DNA of 45,154 nt from Candidatus Vogelbacteria bacterium (GTDB taxonomy: Bacteria; Patescibacteriota; Minisyncoccia; Phycocordibacterales; UBA12445). The position numbers were made by a program, and so were the translations under genes. This document shows positions 18,201 to 23,329 of the stretch, one piece after another. The notes beneath the pieces were generated by a model. That model worked only from the letters and a program-made list of their open reading frames with translations, did no database searches and was not told the DNA's origin. How positions within the stretch are numbered: position 1 is the stretch's first letter; every line of letters starts with the position of its first letter. Location: positions 1 through 45,154 of the forward strand of contig JACQCV010000022.1 in the NCBI GenBank assembly GCA_016201465.1. Reading direction: 5' to 3'.

Positions 18201-19903
18201 GTAAGTTTGCTTATTTGACATCCGATGGGAATAATGATAGTTGCCCTGGAGGTAATAATAATGCTGGGCCCAAGTATTTGAAGTTTAATGTTTCTGATCC
18301 TCTACATCCACAACAGGTTGGTAATGCCAATCTTCCTGCTGCTGCCTTTGGGCTATATGCAAGTGGTAAGTATGTTTATGTTGCTGACGGAACCGCTGGT
18401 TTGCAGATTGTAAATGCTCTCGACGATAGTATTGTTGGTAGTTATGACACAAATGGAACATCCTACAACGTAAAAGTGGCAGGGAATTACGCTTATGTGG
18501 CGGACGGCTCAAATGGTCTTGTTGTTCTCGATGTATCTAATCCTGTCTCACCAGTTTTGGTTGGTACTTACACTTCTTCTGGTACGGTATATGACGTGTC
18601 TATAAGCGGTAAGTATGCGTACATTACTGGTACAGCAGGTCTTGAGACAATTGATATAAATGGTATAGATGTGCCGGCAATAAATACCGGGTCGCTATTT
18701 GCAAACAATTTGGGCATAGCTAATGATCTCGATGTTGCCAATAATCTGAATATCCATAATAGCTTGAACATTGGAATCGGAGGACTATATTCGACTGGAC
18801 CGTTTGCAATATCTGGTAATGCCACTTCAACTTTAATTGGAGCTTTGGCTGGTGCTTCGGGTGATCTTACTATTGCACGAGGCGGTGTGGGTAATTTAAT
18901 TCTCAACCCCTATGGTGGTAACGTTGGTATTGGTACTAACTCTCCAACACAACCTCTTGCTATGGCCTCCGGTGCTTATGTTACGGCTGGTGGCACATGG
19001 ACCAACGCCTCTAGTCGCGACTTGAAGGAGAACTTTACAACCCTAGACCCAGAAGCCGTACTGGAACAAATAAATCAATTAGCTATCCCGCGTTGGAACT
19101 ACAAAAACGAAGCAACAACAACTACGCACATAGGTCCGATAGCTCAAGATTTTTATTCAATATTCGGTCTAGGTGGTACCACTACTGGTTCGATATCTAT
19201 TTCGACAATAGATCCCGCTGGCGTTGCTCTTCTGGGGATTCAGGGTTTGTCCAAAAGGTTAAATGAGTTGGCAGTGAGTATCGGATCTACAACAGCCACT
19301 CTTTCGTCAGAAAAACTTGTTTATAGTAAACTGGAGGTTGATAGTGCGTCTATTAAATCAGCTGAAATATCTAATCTTAAGATATTGAACTCACTAATCA
19401 TGGAAGATCGGGTGACGGGTGATAGGTACTGTGTTTATATTGAGAACGGAGAGTGGGCAAAGTCTAGGGGTGATTGTGATATTAATGATAATAAAAATTC
19501 CAACAATATATCATCAATAATCTCAACCTCAGTCGAGACTGCTCCTTCTTTTGTCTCAGCTAGCACCGCATTTTCCACATCAACAGATAGAGAAGCTCCA
19601 GTTTTAACATTACTTGGTGATGCAACGTCTACTCTCAAGGTTGGTGATAATTTTGTTGATCCTGGGTCTGTGGTTACGGATAACGTGGATCAAAATCTGG
19701 GAGTAAAAGTTACTGGTTTGGTTGACACAAGTAAGGCCGGGATTTATACGCTCTATTATGATGCGATTGACAATGCGGGTAATAACGCCACACAGTTAAG
19801 TAGGGTAGTGACCATTGTGGATTCAACTCATTCGGATCTGTCCGGAATATTGTTACCTAATCCTAACGCCACTAGCTCCGTTGGTAGTGTTCTGGCGTGG
19901 TAA
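12296..19903 (+). CDS. Giant (2535 aa) multidomain surface protein: N-terminal anchor, tail-fibre-like Gly/Thr/Ser repeats, 14 BNR/Asp-box blades, lectin-like module, LVIVD repeats, peptidase-S74 intramolecular chaperone module, DUF5011-like Ig domain
   Basis: A single uninterrupted 7.6-kb ORF. Its domain signatures are listed as separate features below. Confidence 0.9.
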   Translation: MTPYYLNRKEGGRIVTLFSRLLILVGIFLLPIDIIFASSGVPKILSHQGRLLDSSANLLGGSGTNYCFRFSIYDAVSNGNKLWPGGTPSNMTVLVKNGIYNVDIGDTNVGGDSLSLDFNDDSYYLNIAIANSSNGSCAGVTSFETLSPRKHITSSGYAINSGLLNGQAASYYLDANNLNNFGQLFNSLLSGTTTLPNLVSLPNLTSIGTLSSLAVSGTITLGGHPLTFPSGSGSNGDMLTTNGNGSLSWTSLLNVSHGGTGLASYSTGDILYASDDSTLAALHKGGEGSVLKILGGVPVWGVDLTSGEGGGSSSWATTTDNLSIIENDPTQVVVVGSTATSSTGYIFEVSGAGINGKRALIPYASTTMVTATTASTTELIVSKILTLPNNSISDSALSSNVALLNGGQTFTTLTGSGALTITGLSSLNGGASTTNISASGTMWTGGLSTTTGGVINTQTKYQIAGVDILTSNTLGSGIVTSSLTTVGALTSGSIASSFGSINIGSNAITAGAGTFTSVTDSGLTSGRIPFATAGGQLTDNSRLAWNNSTNVLTVNGVLAISGMTTGSIPFATAGGAIGQNNSNFFWDNTNSRLGLGTTSPSQRLSVAGNALLSGDLTLANLTATGTITAPNFSGALTGNVSGSAATVTGASQFAITTLANLSTVGTLTSGSIGSGFGPINIGSSSPLTAGIGTFSSVTVNGTLAGNSLSMPTTENIAGVISTGSNQSLSSLNGAIYWGKNKLSSDIFDETNYNFGEIWQSSNSNRDWQAMALSSNGQYQTAVVNGGQIYTSSNSGSTWTARDSNRIWTSVTVSASGQYQTAVAITDQIYTSSDYGVTWTARDSDRNWQAVAMSSDGSRQTAVESGGQIYVSTNYGATWTANFSAPTVANWQAVAMSANGFYQTALVSNGQIYTSFNYGVTWTARDSGRNWSSVAMSSTGQYQTAAVFGGSIYMSTNYGINWYANTTAPSSGNWVSVAVSGNGSNQWALQSGGVPYVTIDRSHWTKPFLSEPNRNWIAVAISPDITGSKVSAAVNGGQVFLSSWVGTMYSPPTSNDPGRYWTSVAMSADGSRQIAVEFGGNVYTSSDFANSWISRGNYNAWKAVAMSADGSRQMAVTNNGGGTGYIYTSLDYGVNWTQRNSNRNWASSVAISADGSRQTAAVFGGQIYTSSDYGVTWTARDSDRNWQAVAMSSDGSRQTAVESGGQIYTSSDYGVTWTARDSSRSWNTVAMSSDGSRQTALANSGQIYTSSDYGVTWTARGLSGPWQFVAMSADGLRQAAIQNNGNTSIGALYISKDYGTTWSLSDSTHKWSFVAISADGSRMTAGEFNNGRLYTSLAEKKVFTGSIIRTSTMTSASSVQIQDSGGHTLLQATGDGRTQFVVKPGVPDAFQLLTNFQNKVIPVFTIGTTVSGSTIKGRAVSNLSGMSFGNDAIGYDDYLDGVHASTTVGGINYTASSGGIAGNNIHVAIVEPGSDGQLSVGRDGLNVTVILAKDSGAVSSTIADVVSAVNGDDSASAVMSAIATGDDSVIASAIATSTLSGGETDATFSGFLTVAKTSTFTGLASFVGGASTTNLTVASNSTLTGNVGVGGDLHVGSVRNNSFETGTFSGWSVLSGNAFSHPVAGTCANQNAVSGYDGKYLINSYCDVDGNGNDTLTGVIRSDTFVLTGPKVKYLIGGGNDITNLKVEIVRASDDEVINADTHTEGGSEHLDSHTIDLSPYVNNRVYIKITDNDQGGWGHILFDDFRQLDSNNNVIDNVGPVFSVGNLGLYLDSSNNFSIGTSTLFASSNGNLGIGTTTPSNKLVMSGGNFLQVASGNLTRKGFISYGAGNSVYVSGKYAYIANGGDDRVVDISDPTNPVEVTSVGAGGNAAGVFVAGKYMYVANGGGGNGGLVVYDVSDLSVAPIPKISNLLDFAQNAENVFVAGKYAYVASGPGLSIMDVSDPYNLKEVSGTGFDCGAASRKGVYVDGKFAYLTSDGNNDSCPGGNNNAGPKYLKFNVSDPLHPQQVGNANLPAAAFGLYASGKYVYVADGTAGLQIVNALDDSIVGSYDTNGTSYNVKVAGNYAYVADGSNGLVVLDVSNPVSPVLVGTYTSSGTVYDVSISGKYAYITGTAGLETIDINGIDVPAINTGSLFANNLGIANDLDVANNLNIHNSLNIGIGGLYSTGPFAISGNATSTLIGALAGASGDLTIARGGVGNLILNPYGGNVGIGTNSPTQPLAMASGAYVTAGGTWTNASSRDLKENFTTLDPEAVLEQINQLAIPRWNYKNEATTTTHIGPIAQDFYSIFGLGGTTTGSISISTIDPAGVALLGIQGLSKRLNELAVSIGSTTATLSSEKLVYSKLEVDSASIKSAEISNLKILNSLIMEDRVTGDRYCVYIENGEWAKSRGDCDINDNKNSNNISSIISTSVETAPSFVSASTAFSTSTDREAPVLTLLGDATSTLKVGDNFVDPGSVVTDNVDQNLGVKVTGLVDTSKAGIYTLYYDAIDNAGNNATQLSRVVTIVDSTHSDLSGILLPNPNATSSVGSVLAW
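14774..14898 (+). repeat. 125-bp exact intragenic direct repeat, copy 1 (partner at 15788..15912)
   Basis: caaatttatacatcatcagattatggtgtcacctggacgg...ggcggacaaat reads identically at both sites by eye. Confidence 0.85.
15788..15912 (+). repeat. 125-bp exact intragenic direct repeat, copy 2
   Basis: See copy 1. Both copies encode QIYTSSDYGVTWTARDSDRNWQAVAMSSDGSRQTAVESGGQI. Confidence 0.85.
15903..15951 (+). repeat. 49-bp exact intragenic repeat, copy 1 (partner at 16023..16071)
   Basis: gcggacaaatctatacatcttcagattacggcgtgacgtggacagcgag occurs at both sites. Confidence 0.85.
16023..16071 (+). repeat. 49-bp exact intragenic repeat, copy 2
   Basis: See copy 1. Confidence 0.85.
17770..18670 (+). 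other. Domain: LVIVD-type beta-propeller repeats
   Basis: Recurrent G-KYAYVA-G..GL-V-DVS-P units. An example is AGNYAYVADGSNGLVVLDVSNPVSPVLVG. Confidence 0.7.
19010..19290 (+). other. Domain: peptidase S74 / tail-spike intramolecular chaperone (auto-cleaving) module
   Basis: SSRDLKENFTTLDPEAVLEQINQLAIPRWNYKNEATTTTHIGPIAQDFYSIFGL...IDPAGVALLGIQGLSKRLNEL matches the S-DR-LKENI ... hiG-iAQe ... coiled-coil pattern of endosialidase/tail-fibre chaperone domains. Confidence 0.8.
19588..19825 (+). other. Domain: DUF5011-like bacterial Ig module at the extreme C-terminus
   Basis: REAPVLTLLGDATSTLKVGDNFVDPGSVVTDNVDQNLGVKVTGLVDTSKAGIYTLYYDAIDNAGNNATQLSRVVTI. Confidence 0.6.
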
Positions 19904-20105
19904 CATCAACGTCGTGCCATATTCTCTACTATTTTGCTTGCCGGTAGTGAGTCCATGACCTGATAATCGACCGATGATTATTTGTTGTTGGTCTTCCACC
20001 CAACTTTTTTCTTACTTTGCATCCTTTACTAATACAATCATTTGTGTTAGTTTGGTTTGAGTAAAAGCTCGTTGACAGGTAACGGTTACACAAGGAGGTA
20101 ATATC

Positions 20106-20543
20106 ATGTGGTTTAGAGTTATCAGTGCGGTTGTTGCGGTCGTGGTAGCTGCGGTCATGTGTGATACTCTTTCGGGCAGTGAGGACGTAGATAAGAATGA
20201 TGCAGATAAAGACAAAAATAGTTTTACGCCGGCCGAGCGGGAGGTTCGGCATGTAGAGCTAAATAAGTCGTTTGACATTTCTGTGGGACAGGAGGTTTTG
20301 CTTCCTGATGGTGAGTCGCGCGCGTATCTTTCTTTCATTGACACAAGCAACGCGCTGGAATTCTCATTTAACCTTGACGGTGTAGCTCATTCCTTCGAGT
20401 TTTGTGGTCCGAAAGATAGAATGAAAGAAGTCGGCGGATACATGATCATACTCCTCAACGCCGCACCTGACTCAAGGGTCGAGCGGGAAGAGATTTACGG
20501 CAAGGGCCATTATTTGGCCAAGATTGTGATTTCGGTCGCGTAA
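20106..20543 (+). CDS. Small membrane-anchored hypothetical protein (GC-rich, SD-led)
   Basis: SD AAGGAGG 7 nt upstream. N-terminal TM VISAVVAVVVAAVM. Likely paralogue of the next gene. Confidence 0.6.
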   Translation: MWFRVISAVVAVVVAAVMCDTLSGSEDVDKNDADKDKNSFTPAEREVRHVELNKSFDISVGQEVLLPDGESRAYLSFIDTSNALEFSFNLDGVAHSFEFCGPKDRMKEVGGYMIILLNAAPDSRVEREEIYGKGHYLAKIVISVA

Positions 20544-20554
20544 GGAGAAGACCA

Positions 20555-21073
20555 ATGGACGAGCAAAAAATTCCAAAGCAGGTTCGGTGGGTAGGTGCGA
20601 TTGTCGCAATTACTGTTGCGGTGATGAGATACCTCTACACTCCAAAGAAGAAGACCAAGAAGAACATAAAGGAAGAGAAGGAAAAGAATAGCTCCTCTGG
20701 TTATAAAGATGTCAATCTTTCTGGTCAGTTTGATCTTAGGTGTGGTGAGACCGCCTATATCGATGCCGAAGGCTTGAAGATCTTATTTTCCAAGGTAATC
20801 TTAGAGCAAAATGAGGCACCATCCGGTTCTCGTCGAAGGGATCCGCCGGCAATAGTTGTTCTCGAGATGACTGAGCAGGTTGGTATTGCAACCGAATCTT
20901 GTACTCTCGAATTGTCGACATCGAATTATCAGGGTCGGCCAAGGGTTGTGTTGACCGAGGACCAATTGATCGGACAGTATGATGTCAGACTAAATGGTCT
21001 TGAATTTCCCAAGACGCCAGGCATTAATGAATACGTTGCTAATCTGGTGATCTTTAAAGTTAAGCAATCGTAA
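20555..21073 (+). CDS. Small membrane-anchored hypothetical protein (GC-rich, SD-led)
   Basis: SD AAGGAGA upstream. N-terminal TM WVGAIVAITVAVM followed by a Lys-rich linker. It shares a V-x-L-x3-FD-[IL]-x2-G-[QE] block with 20106..20543. Confidence 0.6.
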   Translation: MDEQKIPKQVRWVGAIVAITVAVMRYLYTPKKKTKKNIKEEKEKNSSSGYKDVNLSGQFDLRCGETAYIDAEGLKILFSKVILEQNEAPSGSRRRDPPAIVVLEMTEQVGIATESCTLELSTSNYQGRPRVVLTEDQLIGQYDVRLNGLEFPKTPGINEYVANLVIFKVKQS

Positions 21074-21078
21074 TCTAT

Positions 21079-21106
21079 GCCCCCGGCTCGACCCGGGGCT
21101 TTTTAT
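21079..21106 (+). terminator. Rho-independent terminator
   Basis: ccccgg at 21081-21086 pairs with ccgggg at 21093-21098, followed by cTTTTT. Confidence 0.8.
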
Positions 21107-21143
21107 TGTCATCTAAGATGTTTTGTGTTATAGTCATCTAGCC

Positions 21144-21665
21144 ATGTTATATACAAAGAAAGGGGATGATGGATCTACGATCTTGTTTGATGCCAACAAG
21201 AGAATTTCAAAAACTTCACTTATCGTGGAGGTTTTGGGCGCTGTTGATGAACTGAATTCGCTCTTGGGTGTTTGTAAGGTGAAGGCTGATGATACAGAGA
21301 TAAAGAAATCTTTAGGGGAGCTTCAGCAAGATCTTTTTATCGCCCAAGCCGAGCTTGCTGGTGCCGAACCGAGAATTAAATTAGATAAGATCACAAGATT
21401 AGAGGGGGATATTAACAATATTGAGAAGCAATTGCCGGTCATCAAGAGTTTTTTTGTTGCTGGTGGTACGGAGTTGTCGGCGCTTCTAGATTTTGCTAGA
21501 GCTGTATCGAGAAGGGTAGAGAGGGTGGCGGTGAGACTATATGATGACGGCGCTATGAATAAAGATTTGTATTCGTATTTGAATAGGATCTCATCATATC
21601 TATATGCGCTAGCTAGACTTACTAACCAGAAATCTGGTATAAAGGAGGTCAGACCGCATTATTGA
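21144..21665 (+). CDS. ATP:cob(I)alamin adenosyltransferase, PduO type
   Basis: MLYTKKGDDGSTILFDANKRISKTSLIVEVLGAVDELNSLLG is the canonical PduO/MMAB N-terminus. I prefer the ATG at 21144 (M8 of the track ORF). Confidence 0.85.
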   Translation: MLYTKKGDDGSTILFDANKRISKTSLIVEVLGAVDELNSLLGVCKVKADDTEIKKSLGELQQDLFIAQAELAGAEPRIKLDKITRLEGDINNIEKQLPVIKSFFVAGGTELSALLDFARAVSRRVERVAVRLYDDGAMNKDLYSYLNRISSYLYALARLTNQKSGIKEVRPHY

Positions 21666-21706
21666 TTTTGTGGTCTAGAATTTGTTAAGCCTTTAACAAA
21701 TTAGAT

Positions 21707-21778
21707 GGTGGCTATGGTGTAGCGGTAGCACACGAGCTTGTGGAGCTCTTAGTCTGGGTTCAACTCCCAGTAGCCACC
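21707..21778 (+). tRNA. tRNA-His (anticodon GUG) with encoded G-1; CCA not encoded
   Basis: Folded by hand. G-1 (21707) pairs with C73 (21778). Acceptor GTGGCTA/TAGCCAC and D stem GTGT/GCAC. Anticodon loop TTGTGGA has GTG at 21740-21742. T arm is CTGGG-TTCAACT-CCCAG. Confidence 0.85.
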
Positions 21779-22108
21779 CCTTGAAAGACTACTAGCTAGT
21801 TCTAGTAGCAAGTTGTAAGGGGAACGTAAGGTAAACTCTAAGTTTTTTCCATTTACTGTTGGGTTCTGAAGTATGTAATTCAAGAATTGCCTCTTTTCAC
21901 TTGGTTCAGAACTCTCAAATATAGACTTAGCTCTACGAGCGATATAAAACACTGTAGCTACCGTGGTTTGATAATCATGGTCAGCTTTTGTGTGTTCTTC
22001 TAGTTCTATGTTCAAGAGCTGTATCTTGTCGTGGTAGTCCTGGTGCCTTTTGTCATACATGTCCTTAGTAATACGCCATAAGAAAGTTATTTTTCTAAAT
22101 AAAAGCCT
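21749..22108 (-). pseudogene. C-terminal remnant of a large serine recombinase, abutting or overlapping the 3' end of tRNA-His
   Basis: ITKDMYDKRHQDYHDKIQLLNIELEEHTKADHDYQ...ARRAKSIFESSEPSEKRQFLNYILQNPTVNGKNLEFTLRSPYNLL matches the coiled-coil/C-terminal tail pattern of recombinase-family proteins. No catalytic N-terminal domain is present. The first 25 codons of the track ORF are just antisense translation of the 260-bp repeat. Confidence 0.5.
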
Positions 22109-22109
22109 T

Positions 22110-22369
22110 AAAATAAGCCTTTTCTCACCAACCCATTGACAAAACATATAATAGTATGCTATACTTTCGCTAGATAAAAACAATAAAAAGCTAGCTCTTC
22201 ACATCAAATAAAAGTTCAAAAACCTTGATGCGCATCCCAACGTGGAGGCATCATATACCTCGATTAAATTCGAGGGGAAGGAGCTGTCATCATGACGGTA
22301 CATGAGACTGTCGCCGACGGCAAACTTGGGAACGAGGAGCTTGGTCAATTCACCCGCAAGGTGGACGAA
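22110..22369 (+). repeat. 260-bp direct repeat, left copy: promoter, ~125-nt leader and the first 26 codons of the 204-aa ORF
   Basis: Near-identical to 43808..44068. Differences are about 10 substitutions or indels, clustered just after the -10. Confidence 0.9.
22136..22165 (+). promoter_or_regulatory. Consensus promoter TTGACA, 18 nt spacer, TATACT
   Basis: TTGACA at 22136-22141 and TATACT at 22160-22165. Downstream leader hairpins are tgatgc...gcatca and cctcga-ttaaat-tcgagg, just before the SD GGAAGGAG. Confidence 0.6.
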
Positions 22370-22906
22370 ATCAAGCGACGCCTCAACGAAGGAACGATTA
22401 CCCTCTCTTGGGCACTGAATGAGCTTCAGCGCATCATCGAGGGTCGTCAGTCCGTGAGCGACCTGGTCATCGACTTCGACGCCACGCCCATGATTCCGTC
22501 GGGCTTGGAAATCCGAGAGTCCGACCAAATCGCATCCCGCTTCAAGGGCAAGTGGACCTTCAATGCGAAGGCACTCGCTCTCTACCTCTCCAAGAAGCAG
22601 AAACAGGGCAAGCTCATCAAGGGCCATGACCTCAAGGACGACCTCGACGGCGAGAAGGTCATGGGAGCACAGCTTCTCGACTTCTACCTGAAGAACCCGC
22701 ACCTCATCCCCGACGAATGGAAGGGGAAGGCCACGTTCTTCTGGGGAACCATCTACCGCGGCTCGTTCGGGGACCTCTGCGTCCGCTACCTGTACTGGAG
22801 TGGCAAGGCGTGGGACTCGGACTACAACTGGCTGGACAACAACTTCAACGATACGAACCCCGCGTTGCTCGCTAATCTCTTCATTTCTCCTCTGGCTTTT
22901 TGCTAG
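22292..22906 (+). CDS. Candidate DGR variable (target) protein; GC-rich 204-aa ORF with an Asn/Asp/Tyr/Trp-rich C-terminus
   Basis: Line 22401-22460 is 36/60 G+C. The C-terminus is FFWGTIYRGSFGDLCVRYLYWSGKAWDSDYNWLDNNFNDTNPALL. Position is next to avd and RT. The last ~12 codons (from ~22872) are AT-rich and are antisense to the avd 3' end. Confidence 0.5.
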   Translation: MTVHETVADGKLGNEELGQFTRKVDEIKRRLNEGTITLSWALNELQRIIEGRQSVSDLVIDFDATPMIPSGLEIRESDQIASRFKGKWTFNAKALALYLSKKQKQGKLIKGHDLKDDLDGEKVMGAQLLDFYLKNPHLIPDEWKGKATFFWGTIYRGSFGDLCVRYLYWSGKAWDSDYNWLDNNFNDTNPALLANLFISPLAFC

Positions 22907-23317
22907 GGGAGTTTTGTTTACTCTGGGCTATGTCGAGAGGCTTAACTTTAACCTCCTCAACCTTTCTTGTAACCTGCCCATTCCACCCTCCAAGCATCTT
23001 TCCTATCTCATTGAGTGGCATGGAAACAGCAATATATTTATTGTTATCTAAAGACTTTGTTTCCCAGAGGACCATGAGTAATATCTTTAATGTATCTGTC
23101 TTCCTAATAGCTATTCTAATCCAAGGTTGTTTCTCCTCTTTAGATAAGAAGCTGGCAATCGCTATAGATTCGATAATTTCTATGAATAAGGCATCAATTC
23201 TTTGTCCCAGAGAATGTCTATGGTCCTTAGGTAATACCTGGTAGTATCCATACCATAAGATATATACACTCTTAACCCTTTGTAGCAGGGGTAGAATCGG
23301 GGGGGGGGTAACTTCAT
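22881..23317 (-). CDS. avd: DGR accessory variability determinant (Avd, four-helix-bundle family), interrupted by a frameshift in a C10 tract
   Basis: Hand translation of the minus strand gives ATG(23317) AAG TTA C10. The long frame after the tract reads ILPLLQRVKSVYILWYGYYQVLPKDHRHSLGQRIDALFIEIIESIAIASFLSKEEKQPWIRIAIRKTDTLKILLMVLWETKSLDNNKYIAVSMPLNEIGKMLGGWNGQVTRK. This is Avd-like, including the EIGxxLGGW signature. The span is 437 nt, which is not a multiple of 3. C11 or C8 would restore a 145-aa ORF. Confidence 0.7.
23299..23308. repeat. G10/C10 homopolymer inside the avd 5' end, 22 nt upstream of the RT start codon
   Basis: cgg gggggggg ta, counted directly. It is the longest G/C run I saw in this AT-rich window. 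Confidence 0.95.
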
Positions 23318-23329
23318 GGTTTTATTTAT

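Noticed and set aside
19929-20350. Minus-strand ORFs 19929..20252 and 20012..20350
   Set aside because: They overlap each other and the SD-led plus-strand gene at 20106. They have no start signals and low-complexity sequence.
22199-22702. 167-aa minus-strand ORF antisense to the GC-rich 204-aa ORF
   Set aside because: High-GC coding regions commonly leave the antisense frame open. The plus-strand ORF has an SD, a promoter and a protein-like sequence. The minus ORF is low-complexity (L/E/V/A-rich) with no start signals.
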